Positions 10,258 to 19,666 of a stretch of DNA of 51,161 bases are shown here, piece after piece (the first letter of the stretch is position 1; each line of letters begins with the position of its first letter). The position numbers and the translations under genes were made by a program. The notes beneath the pieces were generated by a model that ran no database searches, was not told the DNA's origin, and saw only the letters and a program-made list of their open reading frames with translations. Location of the stretch: positions 1 through 51,161 of the forward strand of contig JAURQW010000024.1 in NCBI GenBank assembly GCA_030835925.1. Direction: 5' to 3'. The DNA is from Gammaproteobacteria bacterium. Lineage in GTDB: Bacteria > Pseudomonadota > Gammaproteobacteria > GCA-002705445 > GCA-002716945.

Positions 10258-10775
10258 CCTGTCAACACTTGTATAAATACCATCATAAATATTACGCACA
10301 CCATGCTATGAAGAAGAGAAAAACCAAGCCCTATCGTCATAGTTGTGTCAAATGCATTCTTGAAAATATGACCATTTACAAACCATGCATACAAAGAAAT
10401 AATTAAAAAAATTATTAGAAGTGATTCATTGGTTGAGCCAGTCATCAATGTAACGATATTTGTGAATAATGCTACTAAAGCATGAACACCTAAGGTCGCA
10501 TTACAAACTTGCAGATACCTAGATGAGTAGCTTGAAGTTTCATTATTTTTGTCTTTAATATTTAAGCAAACCTTTATAAATAACAATGTTACAAAAATAT
10601 ATATAAGCGCAAAGAAGATGTTTACCGTAATATCAATATTAGGGTCGACTGCCATCACCCCAATCAAGATATTCAGCAATATTATGATCTTCAATAGGTT
10701 GGAGCTCGCTGGTAAATCTTGCGGGCCATTCGAAAAATGAAGAATATTTAGAAATATCTTTAAATTAAATATCAT
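10254..10775 (-). CDS. Conserved hypothetical membrane protein (about 5 TM)
   Basis: Hydrophobic 173 aa protein with GPQDLPAS near the N-terminus. Its stop overlaps the mpl start. Confidence 0.7.
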   Translation of the reverse strand: MIFNLKIFLNILHFSNGPQDLPASSNLLKIIILLNILIGVMAVDPNIDITVNIFFALIYIFVTLLFIKVCLNIKDKNNETSSYSSRYLQVCNATLGVHALVALFTNIVTLMTGSTNESLLIIFLIISLYAWFVNGHIFKNAFDTTMTIGLGFSLLHSMVCVIFMMVFIQVLTG

Positions 10776-10780
10776 AATAG

Positions 10781-10789
10781 TGTTATAAT
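10781..10789 (+). promoter_or_regulatory. Extended -10 sigma70 element for pmtA
   Basis: TGTTATAAT (TGnTATAAT) 32 nt upstream of the TTG start, followed by SD-like AAGGA. The AT-rich background lowers specificity. Confidence 0.45.
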
Positions 10790-10821
10790 TACTTACTTCT
10801 TAACATATAAAGGATAACATA

Positions 10822-11445
10822 TTGGATCAAAACTCTATAATCAAATCTTACAAGAGAGTTTCTAGTTTCTACGATATGACCTTCGGTCAGGTTTTTAGAC
10901 CAGGACAGAAAGCGATCATAAAGAAAATGGATTGCATTGAGTCGGATAATGTTCTGGAGATTGGTATAGGAACTGGTTCGTCACTTCAATATTACCCAAA
11001 AGAGACCAAGGTTGTTGGGATTGATATTTCGCCTGATATGCTAGAAGTAGCAAAAAAAAGGATAGCCAAAGATAAAATCCATAATAAACATATTTTACTA
11101 ATGAATGGAGAGAGACTCTCTTTTCCTGATAACACATTCGATAAAGTTGTTGGCATGTATGTAGTTTCTGTTACCCAGAACCCTCAAGTTTTAGTAGAAG
11201 AGATGAAAAGAGTTTGTAAGAATGATGGTGATATATACATAGTAAATCATTTCAGCACCGAACAAGATAATCTATTTGTGAAAATGTTTGAAAAAGGTTT
11301 AATGCCTATTAGTAAAATCTTAGGTTGGAAGCCATATTTCCCTTTTGACGAATTTAATGCGTATGCTAATCTTGATGTGCTCGAGATGAGCAAAGTGAAC
11401 CTATTTAATTATTGGAATATTATTCACGCTTCCAATAATAAATAA
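10822..11445 (+). CDS. pmtA: Class I SAM methyltransferase, probable phosphatidylethanolamine N-methyltransferase (Rhodobacter-type)
   Basis: SYKRVSSFYDMTFGQVF, VLEIGIGTG, GIDISPDML, MYVVSV, EMKRVCK..G.IYIVNHF. TTG start with SD. Confidence 0.7.
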   Translation: MDQNSIIKSYKRVSSFYDMTFGQVFRPGQKAIIKKMDCIESDNVLEIGIGTGSSLQYYPKETKVVGIDISPDMLEVAKKRIAKDKIHNKHILLMNGERLSFPDNTFDKVVGMYVVSVTQNPQVLVEEMKRVCKNDGDIYIVNHFSTEQDNLFVKMFEKGLMPISKILGWKPYFPFDEFNAYANLDVLEMSKVNLFNYWNIIHASNNK

Positions 11446-11763
11446 CTACTTTGCAGTTGCATCATCAATCATTTTTTTTAATTCACCAGATTCAAATAAC
11501 TCTAGTGTAATATCACATCCACCAACTAATTCACCTTTAATATATAATTGTGGAAATGTGGGCCAATCTTTGAAGTTAGGTAAATCTTGCATGACTTCTT
11601 GATCTAAAATGACATTGCAGTATGCAAATTCTTTTTCACATTTCTTTAGAGCATCGACTGTCCTTGAAGAAAATCCACACATAGGCATATCTGGTGTGCC
11701 TTTCATATACAACATCACAGGGTTTTCTGAAACTTGTTTTTTTATTTTTTCAATAGCTGACAT
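11446..11763 (-). CDS. grxD: Monothiol glutaredoxin Grx4
   Basis: MKGTP..PMCGFS and WPTFPQLY..GELVGGCD, with a strong AGGAG RBS. Confidence 0.96.
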   Translation of the reverse strand: MSAIEKIKKQVSENPVMLYMKGTPDMPMCGFSSRTVDALKKCEKEFAYCNVILDQEVMQDLPNFKDWPTFPQLYIKGELVGGCDITLELFESGELKKMIDDATAK

Positions 11764-11794
11764 TTATTTCTCCTTAATTAATATATTTGTTAAA

Positions 11795-11825
11795 ATTTAG
11801 GCTAAAACTAATTATTAGCCTAAAT
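11795..11825. terminator. Stem-loop between the PuuD-like gene and grxD, possible terminator
   Basis: 11-bp inverted repeat ATTTAGGCTAA/TTAGCCTAAAT with a 9-nt loop, just after the minus-strand stop. The U tract is short. Confidence 0.5.
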
Positions 11826-11835
11826 AATAAATAAA

Positions 11836-12414
11836 TTACATTCCTAAGCCATTATGGCTGTAACCCATGAATAATAACATTGGTATACTCAGCAATGTAT
11901 TGGTTCTTGATGCAAGCAGAGCCACTTTTTTTGCTTTGGCAATTTCATCTGCAGTTGCATCAACCATACCAAGTATTTTTTGTTGATTTGGCCATATTAG
12001 CACCCATACATTAAATAACATAATTGTTCCTAACCATGCACCTATGCCTATTCCTGCTGCTCCAGCTTGAAGTGTAAAAGCTGCATGTAGCATTCCATAA
12101 TCCTGCAAGTACCATGCCCCTGTTACCCATGTAACAACTGCTCCCCATCGGAACCAGACTAACGCTAAAGGAGCCACATATTTACCTATAGCTGCAGGGC
12201 CGGGGTCTTTATCAGCTGTAGCTGCAGCCATTGCAGGAACCTGTACAAAATTAAAATAATATAGTAATCCTATCCACGTTATTCCTGAAAGATAGTGAAA
12301 CCACCTTAAATAATGTTCAAAATCAACTAGTTTCCCACCTATTGCCAAAACTAGCACTGCACTTAATACAAAGCCAGAAATTATAGTACCTTTTATTGAT
12401 AGTAACGGGTTCAT
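11836..12414 (-). CDS. Urate_ox_N/PuuD-like membrane protein lacking the cytochrome c domain
   Basis: RWFHYLSGITWIGLLYYFNFVQVP, WFRWGA, GAWLGTIMLFNVW.LIWPNQQK, SRTNTLLSIPML. No CXXCH. ATG at 12414 follows GAGGTG. Confidence 0.75.
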   Translation of the reverse strand: MNPLLSIKGTIISGFVLSAVLVLAIGGKLVDFEHYLRWFHYLSGITWIGLLYYFNFVQVPAMAAATADKDPGPAAIGKYVAPLALVWFRWGAVVTWVTGAWYLQDYGMLHAAFTLQAGAAGIGIGAWLGTIMLFNVWVLIWPNQQKILGMVDATADEIAKAKKVALLASRTNTLLSIPMLLFMGYSHNGLGM

Positions 12415-12520
12415 ATACACCTCAAAAATTTATTTTATATGGGTCTTATGATAAATGATGTAAAATATTTTATCTATCAGTAAGTTTAATAAATTATGTG
12501 CTTTTTAGGATAAATTATAT

Positions 12521-14287
12521 ATGTGTGGAATATGTGGAGAAATGCGGTTTGATGGCACTGAAATAAGTAATATTAGGTCAGATATCATGCTGGATGCAAT
12601 ATCTTCTCGAGGTCCTGATAATACTGGGTCGTATATAGATAAAAATATATTTCTTGGGCATAAACGGTTATCAGTTATAGATATTTCGTCAAATTCCGAT
12701 CAACCAATGGAAGATGATGATTTAATCATTGTTTTTAACGGTGTAATTTTTAATTATAAAAAACTGAGAGACATCTTATCTAGGGAGGGATATGAATTTT
12801 TTTCAGATGGTGATACTGAGGTGATCTTGAAATGTTATAAGCACTATGGCGAGGATATGCTGAATCACTTAGATGGTGTTTTCTCTTTTGTTATATATGA
12901 TAGAAATTCTAGAGAGTTTTTTTGTGCGAGGGATAGGCTTGGAATCAAACCCTTTTATTATACTTATACTAATGATGCTTTTGCATTTTCATCTAATACT
13001 ACTGCTTTCATTGATGATAAAAAAAACTTACCTATAAATAAAAAAAGCTTACATCATCAATTTACTTTGCATTCTGTAGTGCCAGCTCCAGACACAATTC
13101 TTTCAAATATATTCAAATTAGATCCTGGGTCATTTGCTAGAGTCAGTCCTGATGGAAAAATAACCAAGACAAAGTACTATTCATTTAATCATATAAAATT
13201 AAATACCAAAAACAATGATACAGAGATAGTTGAAGAGACAGATAGATTGCTGCTTAAAGCTATAGAAAAAAGATTTTATACTGCTGATGTTGATGTAGGC
13301 GTATTGCTATCGGGCGGCCTTGATTCTAGTTTAATTGTTGCCATGGCTTCAAAACATAATCTTTCTGACATCAATACATTTTCCATAGGTTTTCCAAGCA
13401 TTGGAAAAGAAGAGGGTAATGAATTTTATTATTCAGATAAGGTCTCGAAACAATTTAAAACAAACCATCATAAATATAATATTTCACAAGATGAGCTATT
13501 TGACTCCTTGGATGATGTAGTAAAAGCTATGCCAGAGCCTATGTTTAGCCAAGATTCCGCTGCCTTTTATTTATTAGCAAAAAAAGTATCTCTTAAGCAA
13601 AAAGTAGTCTTAAGTGGGCAAGGTGCGGATGAGCTTTTTGGCGGGTATTTTTGGTATAAAAAAATGGACCAGACGAAGGGCACTAGTGTAGAAAAATTCA
13701 CACAACACTACTTTGATAGAGGACATGATGATTATTGTAAAATGATTAATAAATCATTTATTAATACAGATTATTCACTTTCTTTGGTTGAAAAATTATA
13801 TGATGATCAACGTACTGATATTAGTTTTTTAGACAAAACACTTCGTATTGATTTATCTACATTGATAATTGATGATCCGGTTAAAAGAGTTGATAGTATG
13901 ACTATGTCTCATGGGTTAGAAACAAGAGTTCCATTTTTGGATCGTGATCTAGTTGAGTTCGTATTATCAATACCATCATTAACTAAACTAAAAAATGATG
14001 GAAAGTATTATCTTAAAAAAATTGCCGAAAAATATCTTGATGATGAACTCATTTATAGAGATAAATTCTACTTTCCTGTACCACCACTTAAAATAATTCA
14101 AGGACAGTTTTATACTTATATTAAATCAATTCTGTTATCTAATTCTTGCAAGAGGAGAGGTTTGTATAATTATGAGTATATTGAAAAAATTCTTAGTAGC
14201 CCAAATTCTTATTTCACTAAGCTTAATGGAAATACGTTATGGCATTTAGGTTTACTAGAAAGATGGTTTCAATTAAATCATGATTAA
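12521..14287 (+). CDS. Asparagine synthase-family glutamine amidotransferase, N-acetylglutaminylglutamine amidotransferase (AsnO) type
   Basis: N-terminal MCGICGE, RGPD, RDRLGIKPFY, LLSGGLDSS, SGQGADELFGGYFWY, DDPVKRVD.MTM..GLE.RVPFLD. Confidence 0.8.
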   Translation: MCGICGEMRFDGTEISNIRSDIMLDAISSRGPDNTGSYIDKNIFLGHKRLSVIDISSNSDQPMEDDDLIIVFNGVIFNYKKLRDILSREGYEFFSDGDTEVILKCYKHYGEDMLNHLDGVFSFVIYDRNSREFFCARDRLGIKPFYYTYTNDAFAFSSNTTAFIDDKKNLPINKKSLHHQFTLHSVVPAPDTILSNIFKLDPGSFARVSPDGKITKTKYYSFNHIKLNTKNNDTEIVEETDRLLLKAIEKRFYTADVDVGVLLSGGLDSSLIVAMASKHNLSDINTFSIGFPSIGKEEGNEFYYSDKVSKQFKTNHHKYNISQDELFDSLDDVVKAMPEPMFSQDSAAFYLLAKKVSLKQKVVLSGQGADELFGGYFWYKKMDQTKGTSVEKFTQHYFDRGHDDYCKMINKSFINTDYSLSLVEKLYDDQRTDISFLDKTLRIDLSTLIIDDPVKRVDSMTMSHGLETRVPFLDRDLVEFVLSIPSLTKLKNDGKYYLKKIAEKYLDDELIYRDKFYFPVPPLKIIQGQFYTYIKSILLSNSCKRRGLYNYEYIEKILSSPNSYFTKLNGNTLWHLGLLERWFQLNHD

Positions 14288-14288
14288 T

Positions 14289-14319
14289 AAAAAAACCCAT
14301 CTCAATTGAGATGGGTTTT
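14289..14319. terminator. Bidirectional rho-independent terminator
   Basis: Perfect palindrome AAAACCCATCTCAATTGAGATGGGTTTT between the convergent amidotransferase and porin genes, with U runs on both strands. Confidence 0.9.
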
Positions 14320-14339
14320 AGCTTCACATAAAATTAAAG

Positions 14340-15401
14340 TTAGAACTTATGAGTTATGCCAAGTCCATATGAACGAACAGCATTACCTGATCCTTCAATC
14401 CCTTTTCTTGTATAACCTATTGTAACGTCAGTAGACTTACTTAAGTTCATTTGATTAGAAATACTAACTACATCATAATCAGTTGTAGCAGCATCCATGT
14501 TACCTTCAGCAACAGCTATTTGAATCATGTTATGACCCATTGTGTAATGAAGACCCATAGTTGTAATGTCGCCTGCAGCATGATTTGAACCAGCTATTTC
14601 AACTTCTTCATCTGTATAGAAAACACCAAGGCCTGGCATTACTTTGTAAGAAGCAAATACTTTATCGTTACTTAGACCGCGGTTTGAGTCACCACTTTTA
14701 TCGTGATTTCTAGCAAACCCAACTTCTAAACCAGGAAGCACCATATCAGCAACCCTTAAACCAACAGCATAGTCACTTTTTTGTACATTTGCATTGTTAG
14801 TTTGTTCACTCATACCTCTTAAGTATGCTACTTCTATTGGACCTACCATAGTGTGTATGCTTAGAGACGAATCCCATGTTCCAGCTTGACCAAAATCACC
14901 ATCAGATGTTCCACCATGATTATTCAGTGCAATTGCAGTATCCACGTTCACGTCATAAAAACCCATAGTTCTATATGGTGATTCAAAAGAACCCATACCA
15001 ATATAACCTAGAGCAGTTTGGAAACCTAAGTTACCAACATGTAAGTTAAAAGTTCTACAATCTTGTGCGTTAGAACAGTTTGTTCCATCACCTGTTGCAG
15101 TACCATCTGCTATATCAAATTTCCATTCTGCAACACCAACTAGTGACATTGAGCCTAAATTTTCTTTGAATTTGATACCTAATCTACTTTTTTGACCATT
15201 ATCTCTTACAGAATCAACTGAATTAGCTGCCCCAGTAGCTGAATGATCATAACCGACATACAGACGCCCATAAAAGTGCACGCCGCTGCCTGATTTAGCT
15301 GCTGATGCAGAATTTGAAGAATTATCCATTCCCCCATGTCCGCCTGCTACAGCCATTGATGATGCAGCCATAAACATAGCTGCTGTATATAATTTATTCA
15401 T
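14340..15401 (-). CDS. Gram-negative general porin, probable major outer-membrane protein
   Basis: Signal peptide ending AVA, FYGRL first strand, SRLGIKFKENLG, C-terminal GLGITHKF beta-signal, strong GGGAG RBS and its own terminator. Confidence 0.88.
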   Translation of the reverse strand: MNKLYTAAMFMAASSMAVAGGHGGMDNSSNSASAAKSGSGVHFYGRLYVGYDHSATGAANSVDSVRDNGQKSRLGIKFKENLGSMSLVGVAEWKFDIADGTATGDGTNCSNAQDCRTFNLHVGNLGFQTALGYIGMGSFESPYRTMGFYDVNVDTAIALNNHGGTSDGDFGQAGTWDSSLSIHTMVGPIEVAYLRGMSEQTNNANVQKSDYAVGLRVADMVLPGLEVGFARNHDKSGDSNRGLSNDKVFASYKVMPGLGVFYTDEEVEIAGSNHAAGDITTMGLHYTMGHNMIQIAVAEGNMDAATTDYDVVSISNQMNLSKSTDVTIGYTRKGIEGSGNAVRSYGLGITHKF

Positions 15402-15579
15402 TAAATCTCCCCGTTAATTATTATGTGTATGGGGGTATTTTGACATATTAGGCACTAAATTCAAGGTATTTGAACTAGAATAATGCAGATATTTGCTAAA
15501 AAAGTGCACAAATTGCACGAATAATTATAGATATCACAAACAGTATATTAGAATACTCTTTTATTCTATAATTGATCAC

Positions 15580-16755
15580 ATGAAAAGTTTTTTAATGAAT
15601 ACATATAACAGGAAGAAAGTCTCTTTTGTAAAAGGTGACGGTGTATATTTATGGGATGATCAAAATAATAAATATTTAGATGCATTATGTGGTCTGGCAG
15701 TTACTAGTTTAGGACATTCGCATCCAGATATTTCTGCTAAAATTCAGGAGCAGTCTCAAACATTAATTCATACCTCAAATGCTTTTATAATTAAGCAACA
15801 AGAAAAACTAGGGGAAAGACTTTGCAAGTTAACTGGTTTAGCAAATGCCTTCTTTTGTAATTCTGGTGCAGAAGCTGTAGAGGCAGCAATTAAGATTGCC
15901 AGAAAATATGGAAATGACCAGCATATAGAAAATCCTAAAATAATTGTTATGGAAAATAGTTTTCATGGCAGAACTTTAGCAGCACTCTCTGCAACAGATG
16001 GTGACAAGGCACATAAAGGTTTTTATCCTCTCATAGATGGCCTATTGAGAGTTCCGTATAATAATATCCACGAAATTGAAAAAATTTCCAAACAAAATAA
16101 TGACATTGTCGCTGTATTGCTTGAACCAATACAGGGAGAAGGAGGCATAAAAATTCCAGATGATGATTACCTGCCTAAGTTGAGATCACTTTGCGATGCG
16201 AATAGCTGGTTACTCATGATTGATGAAGTTCAGTCTGGGTTTTGTAGAACAGGAAAGTGGTTTGGTTATCAGCATAGTGAAATTATGCCAGATGTAGTGA
16301 CAGTTGCTAAAGCTCTTGGCAATGGTATTCCCATTGGCGCATGCCTAACTAACAAAGAATCTTCAACTGTGCTAACGCCAGGCAGCCATGGTTCTACATT
16401 TGGTGGAAACTTTTTATCTACTTCAGTGGGACTTCAGGTGCTTGATATAATGAGAGAGAAGAACTTATCTAGAAATGCTAGATTAATGGGTTTATATATT
16501 GAAAAAGAATTAAAAGAAAAGCTTGCTAAATATAGTATAGTTAAAGATATTAGATGTAGAGGACTCATGATTGGAATTGAGCTTAAATTAAAATGTTTAG
16601 GGCTCGTAGAAGAAGCGTTAAAGAATAGGTTAGTCATAAATGTCACAAAAGAAAATACCATAAGGATGCTACCGCCTCTAATAATCAATAAACCAGAAGT
16701 AGATATAATCGTAAATGTCATATGTAAAATAATAAGTGAGATTAAATATGAATAA
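15580..16755 (+). CDS. argD: Acetylornithine aminotransferase
   Basis: LMNTYNR, FFCNSGAEAVEAAIK, SFHGRT, EPIQGEGG, DEVQSG, AKALGNG, HGSTFGGN. Start reassigned to the ATG at 15580. Confidence 0.93.
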   Translation: MKSFLMNTYNRKKVSFVKGDGVYLWDDQNNKYLDALCGLAVTSLGHSHPDISAKIQEQSQTLIHTSNAFIIKQQEKLGERLCKLTGLANAFFCNSGAEAVEAAIKIARKYGNDQHIENPKIIVMENSFHGRTLAALSATDGDKAHKGFYPLIDGLLRVPYNNIHEIEKISKQNNDIVAVLLEPIQGEGGIKIPDDDYLPKLRSLCDANSWLLMIDEVQSGFCRTGKWFGYQHSEIMPDVVTVAKALGNGIPIGACLTNKESSTVLTPGSHGSTFGGNFLSTSVGLQVLDIMREKNLSRNARLMGLYIEKELKEKLAKYSIVKDIRCRGLMIGIELKLKCLGLVEEALKNRLVINVTKENTIRMLPPLIINKPEVDIIVNVICKIISEIKYE

Positions 16756-17665
16756 AGTAAGACACTTTAGGTCGTTATTAGATATCAATAAAAAAGAATT
16801 TATAAGAATAATCGAGAGATCTATTGAGTTAAAAAAAGAGACTGCTAAGGGTGTTATTAATAATTCATTATCTGGTAAAACCATGGCAATGATTTTCAAA
16901 AAAAATTCCACTAGAACTAGGGTTGCTTTCGAGACTGCTATGACAACAATGGGTGGGCATGCCATATTCTTATCATCTGACTCCACTCAACTAAGTCGCG
17001 GAGAAGAGCTTTCTGATACTGCAAAAGTTCTCTCAGGAATGGTGGATATAATTATGGTTAGAACTCATGATCACAATGAAGTTGAAGAGCTTGCTTCAAA
17101 CTCAACAGTTCCTGTAATAAATGGATTAACTGAAAAATTCCATCCATGCCAGCTTTTAGCAGATATGCAAACTTACTATGAGGAGAAAGGTTCTATCGAG
17201 GGCAAGAAAGTTGCTTGGATTGGTGATGGTTGTAATATGTGTAACTCATATATTAATGCAGCCAAAATATTAGACTTCAATTTAAACATCGCTACTCCTT
17301 CTGGCTTTGAGCCAGATCAGTCAACATTGAATTTAGCCAACGACAATGTTGAGCTTTGTGATTTGCCTGGTAAGGCGGTAGAGGATTGTGACCTAGTAAC
17401 AACAGATGTTTGGTCGAGTATGGGTGACGAGGGAGATGCAGAAAAAAGAAAAGCATTATTCAAAGGATATCAAATAAATAAACACTTGTTTGAAAAAAGT
17501 AAAAATGACTCTATATTTTTGCACTGTCTACCTGCACATAGAGGTGAAGAAGTTGAGTCAGATGTTATTGATGGGCTAAGAAGCAAGGTCTGGCAACAAG
17601 CACACAATAGGTTATATACTAGTAAGGCTTTAATAGAATTTTTACTCAAAGAATCAAAAGACTAA
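16748..17665 (+). CDS. argF: Ornithine carbamoyltransferase
   Basis: STRTR, HPCQLLAD, TDVWSSMG, FLHCLPAHRGEEV. The ATG at 16748 overlaps the argD end. Confidence 0.96.
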   Translation: MNKVRHFRSLLDINKKEFIRIIERSIELKKETAKGVINNSLSGKTMAMIFKKNSTRTRVAFETAMTTMGGHAIFLSSDSTQLSRGEELSDTAKVLSGMVDIIMVRTHDHNEVEELASNSTVPVINGLTEKFHPCQLLADMQTYYEEKGSIEGKKVAWIGDGCNMCNSYINAAKILDFNLNIATPSGFEPDQSTLNLANDNVELCDLPGKAVEDCDLVTTDVWSSMGDEGDAEKRKALFKGYQINKHLFEKSKNDSIFLHCLPAHRGEEVESDVIDGLRSKVWQQAHNRLYTSKALIEFLLKESKD

Positions 17666-19410
17666 ATACAATTTAATTTTTCTATTAGTTTCATTTTCTC
17701 CTTATTCGAGTCACAATTTATAATCTTCTTGCTAATTTTTGTTAGCATAGTTATATCTGAATTAATAATAATGTTTTTAATTTCCGGTATAGCGCTCGGA
17801 TGCATGCTAAACGATCTTAAGCCCAAACCAAGTAATAGTTTTGTGTAATTTGGATCACCAGCCATTTCACCACACAATGAAACTGGTATTTTATTTTTAG
17901 TACCTGCATTAATAATATTTTTTAAGAGTGATAAAACTGCAGAGTTAATTGGGTCATATAAATAATTTACTTCATCATCAACTCTATCTATGGCTAAAGT
18001 ATACTGAACTAAGTCATTAGTGCCTATTGAAAAAAAGTCTACATGTTTTGCGAACTTATTTGCTAGAACTGCGCATGATGGTATTTCAACCATTATCCCT
18101 ACATGAATATCTTCATCAAATTTTTTCCTCTCTTTAACCAACGATCTTTTAGCAGCAAGTATTAATTCTTTAGCCTTATGAATTTCTGATATTGTAGTTA
18201 TCATAGGTAACATAATTTTAACATTTCCTAAATTGCTAACTCTTAAAATAGCCTTGATTTGATTAATAAAGATATTATTATAATTTAGGCTATATCTTAT
18301 ACCTCTTAACCCTAAAGCAGGGTTTCTAACTATAGATCCAGTTTTAATATTTTCTGGCACTTCTTTATCAGCACCAATATCAAGTGTTCTAAAATAGACT
18401 GGAAGCTTACCCATATTTTTTACAATTTTCTTGTATGCTTCATATTGTTCTGTCTCTGATGGGAAATCATGTCGATCAACATATAGATATTCTGTTCTAA
18501 ATAATCCAATACCATCAGCTTTTTTATCTTTTATGATCTTCAATTCTTGGGGTAACTCTAAATTTGCCATTATTTCAACTCTTGTCTTATCGAGAGTTAC
18601 ATTACTTCTATTTAATATAGTTGAGAGATCTTTTTTGTTTTTTTCTTGCTTTTTTTTAAGCTGCATATAATGAGCTTTTATCTTGTCATCTGCATTGATT
18701 ATTACTATACCTTCTTCTCCATCCAGTATTATGTCATCACCATTCTTAATTATACTCAGAACATTTTTGACCCCAACAGTAGACGGCAATTCAAGACTTC
18801 TTGTTAATATAGAACTATGTGATGACCTGCCTCCAAATTCTGAGATGATCCCTAAGCTATTTGAGTCATAGGCTAATACTACATCAGAAGGACTTAAATC
18901 ATCTGTTACGATAATTAAATCTGTTAGACTTTTTTTTGAACTAGCGGCTGTTTCTTGTTTTAATTTAAGATTCTTTATTATCATTTTTACAACATGATTT
19001 ACATCATCTATCCTTTGTTTGATATAAGTATCATCTATATCATTAAAAGATTGTTTGATTGAAAGATACTCATTATGTATTGCCCATTCAGGGGAATTGA
19101 GTTTTTCGCTTATTCTGCTTTTGATATTATTAATAAAACTTTCATCTTTAACTAACATGATGTGTGTATCTAAAAATAGGTCTACATTATTTTTAATTGA
19201 AGGATTGATTTTTTCTTTGATAACTTCTATTTCTTTTATTGTTAAATCTATAGATTTATCTAGCATCTTTAGTTCTCTGGATACATGCTCTTTCTTTATA
19301 TATTTTTCTTTTATTATATTTTTTCCATGTTCTATTAAATAGCTTCTACCAATAGCGATACCTTTTGATACTGGCAAACCTTTTAATAGTATTGGAGTTT
19401 TACTCTTCAT
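17662..19410 (-). CDS. ptsI: PTS enzyme I (PEP-protein phosphotransferase, no GAF domain)
   Basis: GGRSSHSSIL (phospho-His), GIGLFRTEYL, NPALGLRGIR, SIGTNDLVQY, CGEMAGDP. Confidence 0.93.
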   Translation of the reverse strand: MKSKTPILLKGLPVSKGIAIGRSYLIEHGKNIIKEKYIKKEHVSRELKMLDKSIDLTIKEIEVIKEKINPSIKNNVDLFLDTHIMLVKDESFINNIKSRISEKLNSPEWAIHNEYLSIKQSFNDIDDTYIKQRIDDVNHVVKMIIKNLKLKQETAASSKKSLTDLIIVTDDLSPSDVVLAYDSNSLGIISEFGGRSSHSSILTRSLELPSTVGVKNVLSIIKNGDDIILDGEEGIVIINADDKIKAHYMQLKKKQEKNKKDLSTILNRSNVTLDKTRVEIMANLELPQELKIIKDKKADGIGLFRTEYLYVDRHDFPSETEQYEAYKKIVKNMGKLPVYFRTLDIGADKEVPENIKTGSIVRNPALGLRGIRYSLNYNNIFINQIKAILRVSNLGNVKIMLPMITTISEIHKAKELILAAKRSLVKERKKFDEDIHVGIMVEIPSCAVLANKFAKHVDFFSIGTNDLVQYTLAIDRVDDEVNYLYDPINSAVLSLLKNIINAGTKNKIPVSLCGEMAGDPNYTKLLLGLGLRSFSMHPSAIPEIKNIIINSDITMLTKISKKIINCDSNKEKMKLIEKLNCI

Positions 19411-19666
19411 AGAATTTATCCTTTATAAGAGATTCTAAATTTTTAATTGCTAAGTTTTCATCTTTGCCTGATGCAGTTATTTTAACTTCAGTTCCCTTTG
19501 GCGCAGATAACATTAATATTTTCATAATACTTTTTGCATCAGCACACTTATCACCTTTGTTAATCTCTATGATAGATTCATATTTATTTGTCAGAGTTAC
19601 AATTTTTGCAGCAGCTCTGGCATGCAGACCCAACTTGTTATTAATTACTATTTTCTTTACTTTCAT
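19400..19666 (-). CDS. ptsH: HPr/NPr phosphocarrier
   Basis: GLHARAAAK (His15) and DAKSIM (Ser46) motifs, 88 aa. Confidence 0.9.
   Translation of the reverse strand: MKVKKIVINNKLGLHARAAAKIVTLTNKYESIIEINKGDKCADAKSIMKILMLSAPKGTEVKITASGKDENLAIKNLESLIKDKFYEE

Noticed and set aside
15402-15579. Possible sigma-54 promoter (AGGCAC), NtrC-like site (GTGCA-N5-TGCAC) or ARG boxes between the porin gene and argD
   Set aside because: There is no GC at the -12 spacing, the palindrome has the wrong orientation and spacing for NtrC, and the ARG-box matches are too degenerate for such AT-rich DNA.
15493-15579. Long N-terminal extensions in track ORFs for argD (also mpl, petC, carB, argF)
   Set aside because: These are artefacts of taking the first possible start. 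Downstream ATGs match family N-termini and the gene-coupling overlaps.
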